A program made the translations under genes and the position numbers. From contig CAJOIT010000003.1 of assembly GCA_905234755.1 (NCBI GenBank), positions 9,135-73,134 on the forward strand: DNA of 64,000 nt, given 5' to 3'. Source of the DNA: an uncultured Bacteroidales bacterium. Lineage in GTDB: Bacteria > Bacteroidota > Bacteroidia > Bacteroidales > ML635J-15. This document shows positions 24,467 to 32,778 of this stretch, one piece after another. The first letter of the stretch is position 1. Each line of letters begins with the position of its first letter. Below the pieces are notes generated by a model. The model worked only from the letters and a program-made list of their open reading frames with translations. It searched no databases and was not told the origin of the DNA.

Positions 24467-26053
24467 ATGAAAAATATTTTTCTGCTTGCACTGCTTTTCC
24501 TGCTTTCGCTATGTGCGTTTGGACAGGATGAAGAATTTATAGGAGGAAATTGTACCAGCATAATGGTCGGCAAAAAGGCATCTGCCGATGGTTCGGTAAT
24601 CACTTCGCATACTTGCGATGGTCGTTATCGCACATGGATGACGATTGAGCCGGCAGCAAACTACAAGGATGGCGCAACCCACAAGGTTTACAAGGGAACA
24701 ATGCATACCAAAAGCCGTAGCGATACTGTTGGCGTAACTCTCGCTGGCGAAATTCCACAGGCAAAGCATACTTACGCTTACCTTAATACCGCATACCCGT
24801 GCCTCAACGAAAAGCAGCTTGCAATAGGAGAGACCACTTTTTCTGGTCCCGATACCCTTGTTAACAGCAAGGGTATGTTCATGATAGAGGAACTTGAGCG
24901 TGTTGCTCTTATGCGTTGCACTACAGCCCGCGAAGCAATAAAACTCATTGGTAGTCTTATTGCTGAATACGGCTATGGTGATGGTGGCGAGTGCATTACT
25001 ATTGCCGACAAGAACGAGGTTTGGCAGATGGAGATTCTTGGCGAAGGTCCTGACAAAATAGGTGGCGTATGGGCAGCAAAGCGTATTCCCGACGACCATG
25101 TCGGCGTATCGGCAAATATTGCAAGAATAGGGCAGATGGAACGCAACAATCCAGACTATTTTATGGCATCCGACAATGTTGAGGATGTAGCCAAGAAGTA
25201 CAATCTCTGGGACGGAAACGAGCCGTTTGTTTTCTGGAAGGCTTTTGCTTCGTCGTATGGTGCAGGAAAGAATTTCAAGGAACGCGAATACTTCATTCTC
25301 AGTAGTTTGGCTCCATCGTTAGGACTTAGCATGGATATGGACGAACTGCCATTTTCTGTGAAGCCTGACGAGAATGTTGATGTACGCAAGGTAATTGAAC
25401 TTTTCCGCAGTACATACGAAGGTACCGACCTCGACATGACTCGCAATGTTCGTATGCTTACCAAAAAACGCCTTGATGACGGCACTATGGTTGACGATAC
25501 TATTGTAAGCCCTATTGCAAATCCGTGGCTTGGTACATATATGCGCAACACATTGAATTTTATTGCTCCCGAAACTGTAACATTCCAGCGTACAGTGGCC
25601 GTGGCATGGTGCTCGTACTCGCATATAATCCAGTTGCGCAGTTGGTTGCCCGACGAGGTTGGCGGCGTTTGCTGGATGTCTGTTGACAACCCTGCGCAGA
25701 CACCGCGAGTTCCAATTTTCTGCGGAACAACCGCATTGCCAAAGGCTTACGATGTATGTGGACAAAAGCAACTCGATGACAATTCTGTTTTGTGGACATA
25801 TCGCAAAGCCAATAAGTTGGCAACTGTTGCTTGGCAGCAGACAAAATTGATGTTGGGAATATCCTTGAGAACCTGTGAGGACAAGGCCTTTGAAGGTTTG
25901 AAGGACTTGGAGAAGAAGGTTTCCGACAACGGCAATGCAAAGAAGTCGGCCAAGTTGCTCAATGCCTACACCGAAGATTGTTTTTCAAAGTCCCGCGATG
26001 AATGGAAGAAATTGGAGGAAAGATTGTGGCTGAAGTTCGGAATGGGATTTTAA
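24467..26053 (+). CDS. Peptidase family C69 dipeptidase
   Basis: A signal peptide is followed by the N-terminal nucleophile context GGNCTSIMVGKKASADGSVITSHTCDG. 528 aa. Confidence 0.85.
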   Translation: MKNIFLLALLFLLSLCAFGQDEEFIGGNCTSIMVGKKASADGSVITSHTCDGRYRTWMTIEPAANYKDGATHKVYKGTMHTKSRSDTVGVTLAGEIPQAKHTYAYLNTAYPCLNEKQLAIGETTFSGPDTLVNSKGMFMIEELERVALMRCTTAREAIKLIGSLIAEYGYGDGGECITIADKNEVWQMEILGEGPDKIGGVWAAKRIPDDHVGVSANIARIGQMERNNPDYFMASDNVEDVAKKYNLWDGNEPFVFWKAFASSYGAGKNFKEREYFILSSLAPSLGLSMDMDELPFSVKPDENVDVRKVIELFRSTYEGTDLDMTRNVRMLTKKRLDDGTMVDDTIVSPIANPWLGTYMRNTLNFIAPETVTFQRTVAVAWCSYSHIIQLRSWLPDEVGGVCWMSVDNPAQTPRVPIFCGTTALPKAYDVCGQKQLDDNSVLWTYRKANKLATVAWQQTKLMLGISLRTCEDKAFEGLKDLEKKVSDNGNAKKSAKLLNAYTEDCFSKSRDEWKKLEERLWLKFGMGF

Positions 26054-26055
26054 TT

Positions 26056-26104
26056 AAAGTTGAAAGTTAAAAGTTAAAAGTTAAAAGTTGAAAAGGTAAA
26101 AAGC
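26056..26104. repeat. Heptamer tandem repeat (AAAGTTR)x5 plus two degenerate units
   Basis: AAAGTTG AAAGTTA AAAGTTA AAAGTTA AAAGTTG AAAAGGT AAAAAGC begins 2 nt after the C69 dipeptidase stop. Confidence 0.7.
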
Positions 26105-26198
26105 AAAACAGCGAGACAGCAAAACAGACATGGCTGTTAGCCTTTAAGCCCGTTAGTCTGTTAGTCCACAACCATAAACTCAGAAACGCCGCAGGCAT

Positions 26199-26227
26199 AG
26201 AACGGCGCAGCCCTCAACGAAGTTAAA
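26199..26227 (+). repeat. 29-bp dispersed repeat, copy 1 (AGAACGGCGCAGCCCTCAACGAAGTTAAA)
   Basis: It matches the reverse complement of 29549-29577 at 28 of 29 positions by direct comparison. Confidence 0.7.
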
Positions 26228-26278
26228 CTCAGAAACATAGAAACGGGCTTTAGCCCACAGAAACCAAAAACTTACATT

Positions 26279-26956
26279 ATGCGAATTGACATTATAACCG
26301 TTTTACCAGAAATTCTTGATGGTCCGCTGAACAATTCGATTATCAAGAGGGCTACCGACAAGGGAATTGCCGAAGTGCATATACACGATTTGCGCGAATA
26401 TGGGCTTGGTCGTCACAAGCAGGTCGATGATTACGCTTTTGGCGGAGAGGCTGGCATGGTGATGATGATAGAGCCAATCTTCAATTGTATCAATGACTTG
26501 AAGAAACAGCGCAACTACGACCTTGTAATCTACACATCTCCTGATGGCAAGCCGTGGAAGCAGAAGGAAGCCAACCGCATAAGCATGATGGAGAACATTA
26601 TTATCCTATGCGGACATTACAAGGGTATCGACTATCGCATTCGCGAACACCTTATCGATGAAGAATTTAGCATTGGTGATTTTGTGCTTACCGGTGGAGA
26701 ATTGGCAGCAGCAATGATGTGTGATAGCATTATCCGCGTGATTCCTGGCGCAATAGGTGACGAACAGTCGGCCTTGTCCGATTCGTTTCAGGATGGACTT
26801 CTTGCACCACCTGTATATACGCGCCCTGCAGAGTTCAACGGCTGGAAAGTGCCGGACATTCTGCTCTCTGGCAACTTTGCCAAGATAGACGAGTGGAAAG
26901 AGGAACTCGCCTACGAACGCACAAAGGCACTGAGGCCGGATTTGTTGGAGGAATAG
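26279..26956 (+). CDS. trmD: tRNA (guanine37-N1)-methyltransferase
   Basis: [11 protein letters not shown]..., [11 protein letters not shown], and [21 protein letters not shown] (SPOUT knot). 225 aa. Confidence 0.95.
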   Translation: MRIDIITVLPEILDGPLNNSIIKRATDKGIAEVHIHDLREYGLGRHKQVDDYAFGGEAGMVMMIEPIFNCINDLKKQRNYDLVIYTSPDGKPWKQKEANRISMMENIIILCGHYKGIDYRIREHLIDEEFSIGDFVLTGGELAAAMMCDSIIRVIPGAIGDEQSALSDSFQDGLLAPPVYTRPAEFNGWKVPDILLSGNFAKIDEWKEELAYERTKALRPDLLEE

Positions 26957-26961
26957 AAAAT

Positions 26962-26991
26962 AAAAAATCCACCGATTGGTGGATTTTTTTT
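26962..26991. terminator. Bidirectional terminator between trmD and the convergent small lipoprotein gene
   Basis: AAAAAATCCACC GATT GGTGGATTTTTTTT is a perfect stem with an A-run and a T-run on either side. Confidence 0.8.
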
Positions 26992-27010
26992 GTCTTTTGT
27001 TTGTTTTGCT

Positions 27011-27232
27011 CTACTTGTCATAGCAATCAAGTCCACTTTTTCCAAAATAATAGTTGCAGTATCCAATATCTGCGCAATCTGAAACCCCGTATTCTTCAGG
27101 GGTAGTTGTAAAACTATTAAGAATTGTACCTTCGCTCCAATTGTCGCAAATACATTTTTGACTTCTTGAGCATGAAGTTGATAGCAACGCCAAGGATGCT
27201 AATGAGATGATAATGAGTAAAAGTTTTTTCAT
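27011..27232 (-). CDS. Small Cys-rich lipoprotein, hypothetical
   Basis: 73 aa with a lipobox (LLSTSC) and 6 further Cys residues. A TAtcTTTG box lies 47 nt upstream. Confidence 0.45.
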   Translation of the reverse strand: MKKLLLIIISLASLALLSTSCSRSQKCICDNWSEGTILNSFTTTPEEYGVSDCADIGYCNYYFGKSGLDCYDK

Positions 27233-27278
27233 ATTATTACTTTTTAGTTAATAAATTTTTAATGTTGGATTTATGTGG

Positions 27279-27286
27279 CAAAGATA
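27279..27286 (-). promoter_or_regulatory. -7 promoter box (TAtcTTTG) of the small Cys-rich lipoprotein gene
   Basis: The minus strand reads TATCTTTG, 47 nt upstream of the ATG at 27232. Confidence 0.45.
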
Positions 27287-27322
27287 ATAAATTTTTCCTA
27301 TCAAAGACATATTGTTGTAGTT

Positions 27323-27844
27323 TTATTTTATCCTATCTCCACAAAATTCCCTTCTTCCGCATTTCTCGCAGTGTGTACCCATCCAAACATTGTCGAATTG
27401 ATTGATTGCAGATTCAACGATTTCGGGGTCGTTAGTGAAAATTCCTGCCTCGAAGTTGCGTTTTTGTGGACTTTTCATGCCGATGCCTGCACCAGTAAGG
27501 TTTGCAGAACCAATGTATGCGCTCTCCATGTCGAAAATCATAATCTTGAAATGTACACGCGGACAAAGTACACGTTCTAGGTTGGTGCGTAAGATAGGGT
27601 AGCGGTCGAAGTCGGTGCGGAAATTTTCACCTGGTTCCTTGGCATGTATAAGTCGTATTTCAACTCCTTTTTTCAGCAGCGAGGCAAGTATGCCAAGCAT
27701 TGGCACAACATCGTTTCCCTGCTTTATGTACAAATCCTTGATGTCGGCAGTTCCAATCCAAAGGGTACGCTTTACGGTTATGAGCTTTGAAAGCACCTCG
27801 GTGTAGTGCTGTTCATTGGCTATGTATTTCAGAAATGGTGACAT
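27323..27844 (-). CDS. Phospholipase D-like (single HKD motif, Nuc-like) protein with a C-terminal Cys cluster
   Basis: HxK(x)4D motif in VHFKIMIFDMESAYIGSANLT. The C-terminal HCEKCGRREFCGD looks like a zinc-ribbon element. 173 aa. Confidence 0.7.
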   Translation of the reverse strand: MSPFLKYIANEQHYTEVLSKLITVKRTLWIGTADIKDLYIKQGNDVVPMLGILASLLKKGVEIRLIHAKEPGENFRTDFDRYPILRTNLERVLCPRVHFKIMIFDMESAYIGSANLTGAGIGMKSPQKRNFEAGIFTNDPEIVESAINQFDNVWMGTHCEKCGRREFCGDRIK

Positions 27845-27853
27845 AAATTTGTC

Positions 27854-28333
27854 TTAACCCAACAATGCCTCAATGTCCTTTTCTATTTTTCGAGGTGCTT
27901 TGGTTGGTGGGTAGCGTTTGATTTTTGTGCCATCGCGTGAAATGAGGAACTTGGTGAAATTCCATTTAATTTTTCTGCTGAGGAAACCTCTTGCTTCTTC
28001 TGTCAGATATTTGAAAATTGGATGTGCGTTTTCTCCATTGACATCTATTTTCTTCATTATTTGGAAGGTAACGCCATAGTTCAGTTGGCAGAAACTTGAT
28101 ATTTCGTTGTCTGTACCTGGGTCTTGGTGTGCAAACTGGTTGCAGGGAAATCCGATGATTACCAATCCATTGTCCTTGTATTTCTGGTTAAGTTCTTCCA
28201 ATCCAGCGAATTGCGGTGTAAATCCGCATTTGCTTGCTGTGTTTACAATCAGTAGGACTTTTCCGCGAAACTGTCCGAAATCTAGTTCTTTGCCGTTGCT
28301 GGTTATTGCTTTGTAGTCGTATATTCTTGCCAT
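27854..28333 (-). CDS. Glutathione peroxidase
   Basis: NTASKCGFTPQ (catalytic Cys), GFPCNQF, and WNFTKFL motifs. 159 aa. Confidence 0.9.
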   Translation of the reverse strand: MARIYDYKAITSNGKELDFGQFRGKVLLIVNTASKCGFTPQFAGLEELNQKYKDNGLVIIGFPCNQFAHQDPGTDNEISSFCQLNYGVTFQIMKKIDVNGENAHPIFKYLTEEARGFLSRKIKWNFTKFLISRDGTKIKRYPPTKAPRKIEKDIEALLG

Positions 28334-28394
28334 ATTTAATTGTTTTCGCTGGCAAATATAACATTATTTGTAATAAACTATTGTTTTTGGAAAC

Positions 28395-28420
28395 AAAAAA
28401 GGGAGAACAAATGCTCTCCC
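28395..28420 (-). terminator. Intrinsic terminator of gap
   Basis: The minus strand reads GGGAGAGCATTTGTTCTCCCTTTTTTGTTT. It has a 6-bp GC-rich stem plus a T-run and starts 24 nt after the gap stop. Confidence 0.6.
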
Positions 28421-28443
28421 TTTACAATACTATGAAAAACACT

Positions 28444-29451
28444 TTAGAATTTCAACTTTTCGATGAGTTCAGCAACGCGGTTTGAATAACCCCATTCGTT
28501 GTCGTACCATGTCAAGGTCTTCAACAAGCGGCCCTTAAGCATAGTTGACTGAGCGTCGAAAATTGACGAATGTGAGTTGTGAACGATATCGATTGATACG
28601 AGAGGTTCTTCTGAGTATTCGATGATACCCTTCATTGGACCTTCAGCAGCTTTCTTTATTGCTGCGTTAACTTCTTCGATAGTAACATCCTTCTTCAACA
28701 AGCAAACGAGGTCAACTGATGAACCGGTTGGGGTTGGTACGCGAACTGCCATACCGTCGAGTTTGCCATTGAGAGCTGGGAGAACCTTACCTACAGCCTT
28801 TGCAGCACCAGTAGTGGTAGGAATCTGCGAAACAGCGCATGAACGAGCTCTTCTGAGGTCTTTGTGTGGACCGTCGAGAACAATCTGGTCGTTGGTGTAC
28901 GAGTGGATTGTAGTCATAAGACCGTATTCAATGCCGAAGTTGTCGTTGAGAACCTTTGCAATAGGAGCGAGGCAGTTGGTTGTGCAGGAAGCGTTCGATA
29001 CGCACTGTACATCCTTTGTGATAACTTCTTCGTTAACACCGAGAACAACCATTGCATCAATGTCGTCCTTTGCTGGAACGGTAAGGATAACCTTCTTTGC
29101 ACCGTTCTTCAGGTGGTCGCGGTAACCGCCCTTAGGACTTTCCTTGCTGGTGAAAAGACCAGTCGATTCGATAACTACGTCTGGAGTTTCCGGCCAAGGA
29201 ATGTTGGCAGGATTTCTTTCAGCACTAATCTTAATTTCCTTGCCGTTTACGATGATGGCGCTGTCGTTGTAGGAAACTTCCTTGTCGAACTTGCCCTGAG
29301 TCGAGTCGTACTTCAGCAGGTGTGCCAATGTTTTGGTATCAGTAAGGTCGTTGATACCGATAATTTCTATATTGTCGCGTCCGAATGCAATCTTGAATAC
29401 ATTACGACCGATGCGACCAAAACCGTTAATTGCTACTTTTATTTTAGCCAT
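28444..29451 (-). CDS. gap: Type I glyceraldehyde-3-phosphate dehydrogenase
   Basis: NGFGRIGR Rossmann motif, active site SNASCTTNCLAP, and WYDNEWGYSNR at the C-terminus. 335 aa. Confidence 0.95.
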   Translation of the reverse strand: MAKIKVAINGFGRIGRNVFKIAFGRDNIEIIGINDLTDTKTLAHLLKYDSTQGKFDKEVSYNDSAIIVNGKEIKISAERNPANIPWPETPDVVIESTGLFTSKESPKGGYRDHLKNGAKKVILTVPAKDDIDAMVVLGVNEEVITKDVQCVSNASCTTNCLAPIAKVLNDNFGIEYGLMTTIHSYTNDQIVLDGPHKDLRRARSCAVSQIPTTTGAAKAVGKVLPALNGKLDGMAVRVPTPTGSSVDLVCLLKKDVTIEEVNAAIKKAAEGPMKGIIEYSEEPLVSIDIVHNSHSSIFDAQSTMLKGRLLKTLTWYDNEWGYSNRVAELIEKLKF

Positions 29452-29476
29452 AATATTTATTGTTTTTAAATTTCTG

Positions 29477-29484
29477 CAAAGTTA
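29477..29484 (-). promoter_or_regulatory. -7 promoter box (TAacTTTG) of gap
   Basis: The minus strand reads TAACTTTG, 26 nt upstream of the ATG at 29451. Confidence 0.5.
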
Positions 29485-29548
29485 TTAAATAAAGTATTAG
29501 GTGTGCCAAATTTTTGAAGATATTTTTTTGTTGTTTATAAGTTTCTAA

Positions 29549-29577
29549 TTTAACTTCGTTGAGGGCTTCGCCGTTCT
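29549..29577 (-). repeat. 29-bp dispersed repeat, copy 2 (inverted)
   Basis: TTTAACTTCGTTGAGGGCTTCGCCGTTCT is the reverse complement of the 26199-26227 element with one mismatch. The flanks share CTGTTAG and CAGAAAC words. Confidence 0.7.
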
Positions 29578-29640
29578 TGTTTCTGTTTCGGCTAACAGGC
29601 TTGCAGGATAACAGCCAAAGCAGGGACGCGTCATGGCATT

Positions 29641-29670
29641 TGTAGGCTCGCAATGCATTGCGAGCCTACA
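29641..29670. repeat. 30-bp perfect palindrome (TAGGCNCGCAATG family, copy 1)
   Basis: TGTAGGCTCGCAATG|CATTGCGAGCCTACA, in the divergent gap/lipoprotein intergenic region. Confidence 0.75.
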
Positions 29671-29709
29671 GCATTGTCCTCCCCCCATTGAAGAAATCGT
29701 AAATTTCAT

Positions 29710-29717
29710 TACCTTTG
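29710..29717 (+). promoter_or_regulatory. -7 promoter box (TAccTTTG) of the lipoprotein / radical SAM / cupin operon
   Basis: TACCTTTG lies 26 nt upstream of the ATG at 29743. AATCGTAAAT sits 5 nt upstream of the box. Confidence 0.55.
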
Positions 29718-29742
29718 CACTTTGTAATAATATTGCACGACT

Positions 29743-30303
29743 ATGAAAATTCTAAAGAAGACTTGGATTGGCATACTTGCGCTTGCTACTGCGGTGGTGG
29801 CGGCTTGTACGGCTACAAAGCGCACTCCTGAAACAACAGATACTGCTGAGCCACAACCAACTGACAATGATAATCTTAGTGAAAACGATGAGTTGACTGT
29901 TCCCAAGGATTCGATAAGTGCTCGGCATGCTGAGTTGCAGTCGCGTCTCGAGAGTTTGCGAGCTACAATCAAGGACCGTGAAATGTCGTGCGTTTATGGT
30001 TCTCCAGAGGTTCTTCAGCAATATAGTGCCACTACGCGAGCTATGCGTCATGAGGCTGACTCTTTGCAGAATGAATTGTTGAATATGCTACAATCGGAAA
30101 AGAACACTCTTAAGGAACGCTTGGATGCTATAGATGAGACTGTTAATGCTCGGTCTGGTGCTAAGGTTTACGGTCCGCCCGAGATGATTAATAAGTATAA
30201 TAATCGTACCAACAGTTTGCGCGAAAGTCGTGATTCGCTTCAGAACGAGATTGACAAAATCGACAGAGAAATTTACAACATTAATAATAGTAGCAAGCAA
30301 TAG
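29743..30303 (+). CDS. Lipoprotein with two VYG(S/P)PE...DSLQNE repeats (radical-SAM-associated lipoprotein candidate)
   Basis: Lipobox AVVAAC, then a low-complexity acidic linker. Repeats lie at residues about 83-111 (CVYGSPEVLQQY...EADSLQNEL) and 141-170 (KVYGPPEMINKY...SRDSLQNEI). The stop overlaps the start of the radical SAM gene (TAGTG). Confidence 0.7.
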   Translation: MKILKKTWIGILALATAVVAACTATKRTPETTDTAEPQPTDNDNLSENDELTVPKDSISARHAELQSRLESLRATIKDREMSCVYGSPEVLQQYSATTRAMRHEADSLQNELLNMLQSEKNTLKERLDAIDETVNARSGAKVYGPPEMINKYNNRTNSLRESRDSLQNEIDKIDREIYNINNSSKQ

Positions 30304-31376
30304 TGTCGGAGTTATCCTTATACAAACGGCTTTCGCTTGAATTGAACCGCGCAGTGCTTTCGCTTCGTGCCGATGAACATCATCTTCACCAACTTTTCTG
30401 GGAATGTACTTTGCGGTGTAATCTTAATTGCCGTCATTGCGGAAGCGATTGCCGTGTGGTTTCGCAACAGCAAGATATGCCTCTGGATGATTTTTTGAAA
30501 GTCCTTGATGACATAAAAGCGCATGTTGCTCCATACGACATTATGGTGATTACCACTGGAGGCGAACCGCTTATGCGTGCTGACATTGCTGAATGCGGTC
30601 GTGCTATTACCGAGCGCGGATTCATCTGGGGCATGGTGACAAACGGAATGCTGCTCACCGAGGAAAAATTAAATGAGCTTGTGCGTAACGGTCTGCGCTC
30701 CATCGCGATAAGTCTCGATGGTTTTGCAGATGACCACAACTGGATGCGAGGCCATGCTGATAGTTTTGCAAATGCTATGCGAGCAATTGAGGCGCTGAAA
30801 AAACAAAATGGTCTTGTTTGGGATGTTATCACTTGTGTGAACAAGCGCACAATAAAGTATTTGCCAGAGTTTCGTAATTTCTTGATAGAAAACGGAATAC
30901 GCAAATGGCGGTTGTTCAGCGTATTCCCATCGGGTAGGGCGGCAGATGATCCTGAGTTGCGCCTGAGTAACGAGGAATTTGTGCAGATGATGGATTTTAT
31001 AAAGTTAACTCGTCTCGAAGGCAAAATAGATGCAAGTTATGCCTGCGATGGTTTTCTCGGTCGCTACGAGGGCGAGGTTAGGCGCAAGTATTTCAACTGC
31101 AGTTCGGGCGTGAATGTTGCCTCCATTCGTGCCGATGGGGCGATTTCGGGTTGTCTGAGCATACGCAGCGACTACAATCAGGGCAATATATACACCGATT
31201 CGTTCTGGGATGTGTGGGAAAATCGTTTCGAGAAGTTCCGCAATCGCAAATGGATGCGCACTGGCGACTGCAAGTCGTGTAAGGTATGGCGCTTCTGTCA
31301 GGGAAATGGCATGCATCTTCGTGATGAAAATGGAGAGTTGAAGATGTGCCAGTATCAGATGATAAATGGAAAATAA
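30303..31376 (+). CDS. Radical SAM protein with a SPASM-type C-terminal Cys-rich domain
   Basis: CxxxCxxC cluster motif CNLNCRHCGSDC, then TTGGEPLMR. The C-terminal auxiliary-cluster cysteines are CSSG...GCLS...GDCKSCKVWRFCQGNG. GTG start at 30303. Confidence 0.85.
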   Translation: MSELSLYKRLSLELNRAVLSLRADEHHLHQLFWECTLRCNLNCRHCGSDCRVVSQQQDMPLDDFLKVLDDIKAHVAPYDIMVITTGGEPLMRADIAECGRAITERGFIWGMVTNGMLLTEEKLNELVRNGLRSIAISLDGFADDHNWMRGHADSFANAMRAIEALKKQNGLVWDVITCVNKRTIKYLPEFRNFLIENGIRKWRLFSVFPSGRAADDPELRLSNEEFVQMMDFIKLTRLEGKIDASYACDGFLGRYEGEVRRKYFNCSSGVNVASIRADGAISGCLSIRSDYNQGNIYTDSFWDVWENRFEKFRNRKWMRTGDCKSCKVWRFCQGNGMHLRDENGELKMCQYQMINGK

Positions 31377-31378
31377 AT

Positions 31379-31831
31379 ATGGATTATAAGCATTATATTG
31401 AAAAACTAGGCCTTATGCCTCATCCCGAGGGTGGATATTACCGTCAGGTGTACGGCAATGATGAGAATGGTGAAAAGCAAATCTCTACCATATATTATAT
31501 GCTTTGTGGCGATGAATTTTCGGCTTTCCACAAGTTGCACGGCATGTCCGAAATCTGGTATTACCATGCTGGCGAGTGCCTCGACATATATGTTATTGAT
31601 GCAAAGGGCGAACTTGTTGTTCATCATTTGTCCGCAGATGCCGAAATGCAGGTTGTAATTGAACCGGAACAATGGTTTGCTGCAGAATTGCCTTGCAAGA
31701 AGGGTTTTTCTCTTGTCGGATGCGCGGTGGCACCTGCATTTAAATTTGAGAATTTCGAACTTGCGAAAAAGGAAAAACTTTTACGAGACTTCCCACAGCA
31801 TGGCGCATTGATAGAAAGGTTGTGCAGATAA
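31379..31831 (+). CDS. Cupin (DUF985-like) protein
   Basis: L.PHPEGGYYRQVY N-terminal signature followed by WYYHAGE. The ATG at 31379 lies 2 nt after the radical SAM stop. Confidence 0.7.
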   Translation: MDYKHYIEKLGLMPHPEGGYYRQVYGNDENGEKQISTIYYMLCGDEFSAFHKLHGMSEIWYYHAGECLDIYVIDAKGELVVHHLSADAEMQVVIEPEQWFAAELPCKKGFSLVGCAVAPAFKFENFELAKKEKLLRDFPQHGALIERLCR

Positions 31832-31862
31832 GATTTTCTTTTTCTATTTGCTGATAAAGAAA

Positions 31863-31870
31863 TATCTTTG
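31863..31870 (+). promoter_or_regulatory. -7 promoter box (TAtcTTTG) of the VanX-like dipeptidase gene
   Basis: TATCTTTG lies 24 nt upstream of the ATG at 31894. Confidence 0.55.
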
Positions 31871-31893
31871 CGCTCAAATAAAAACGAACAGTC

Positions 31894-32670
31894 ATGAATA
31901 AAAAAAGTTTACTTTATGCAATTGTTGCACTTGCAATGAGCATGTTGGTTTTGTCGTGCCAGAACAAGGAAAATGCTAGTGTAGCAGAACCTCAAACCGA
32001 AATTAAGGAAGAAGTTACAACTGTTGAAACAACTACAGCAGATACTCCAGTCTCAGAGGCATCTAAGAATGGTTTTGTAGTTGTTACCGATGTTGTCCCC
32101 GATGCAATTCTCGAAATCCGCTATTTCAGCACATTCAACTTTATGGGTGTGCGTGTCGATGGCTACAATGCTCCGATAGCATATCTTACAAAGGAAGCAG
32201 CCGACAGCTTGAAGGCCGTTAGCGATGATGTGAAGGCAATGGGATACCGCCTGAAAATATTCGATGCTTACCGTCCTCAATGTGCTGTAGATCATTTTGT
32301 TCGCTGGTCGCATGAAGCATCAGACACTCTTATGAAACGCTATTTCTATCCCGATATTGACAAGCCTCGTCTTTTCGAAGAAGGTTACATAGCAAAGAAA
32401 AGCAGACATACCTGTGGCTCTACAATTGACCTGACGCTTTTCGACATGAACACCGAAAAGGAGGTTGACATGGGTTCTCCGTTCGATTGGCTAGGCGAAG
32501 AAAGTCATCCCGACTATGCTGGCGTAACTCCCGAGCAGCACAAGAATCGCATGATTTTGCGTGATGCAATGGTTCGACATGGATTCAGAGGTATTAGCAC
32601 AGAGTGGTGGCATTTCGTTCTCAAGAACGAACCTTATCCTGATACATATTTTACATTCCCGATAGAGTAG
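31894..32670 (+). CDS. D-alanyl-D-alanine dipeptidase (peptidase M15D, VanX-like), exported
   Basis: Signal/lipobox LVLSC. VanX-type motifs: FDAYRP, SRHTCGSTIDLTL, EWWHF. Confidence 0.8.
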   Translation: MNKKSLLYAIVALAMSMLVLSCQNKENASVAEPQTEIKEEVTTVETTTADTPVSEASKNGFVVVTDVVPDAILEIRYFSTFNFMGVRVDGYNAPIAYLTKEAADSLKAVSDDVKAMGYRLKIFDAYRPQCAVDHFVRWSHEASDTLMKRYFYPDIDKPRLFEEGYIAKKSRHTCGSTIDLTLFDMNTEKEVDMGSPFDWLGEESHPDYAGVTPEQHKNRMILRDAMVRHGFRGISTEWWHFVLKNEPYPDTYFTFPIE

Positions 32671-32694
32671 GAAAGGTAACGCTGTGCGTTTTCT

Positions 32695-32745
32695 AAAAAA
32701 GGAATGTCATGCTGAAACAAGTTCAGCATGACATTCCTTTTTTTT
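32695..32745. terminator. Bidirectional hairpin terminator / REP-like element (GAAACAAGTTC family, copy 2)
   Basis: AAAAAA GGAATGTCATGCTGAA ACAAG TTCAGCATGACATTCC TTTTTTTT has a 16-bp perfect stem. It lies between the convergent VanX-like and HD genes. Confidence 0.8.
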
Positions 32746-32778
32746 GTTTCTTGGCTCAAAGGCTTGATGCCATAATAT

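Noticed and set aside
26056-26104. A possible CRISPR array or coding repeat in the AAAGTTA tandem.
   Set aside because: The unit is only 7 bp, with no spacers and no cas genes. It is a microsatellite-like heptamer array and not a CRISPR.
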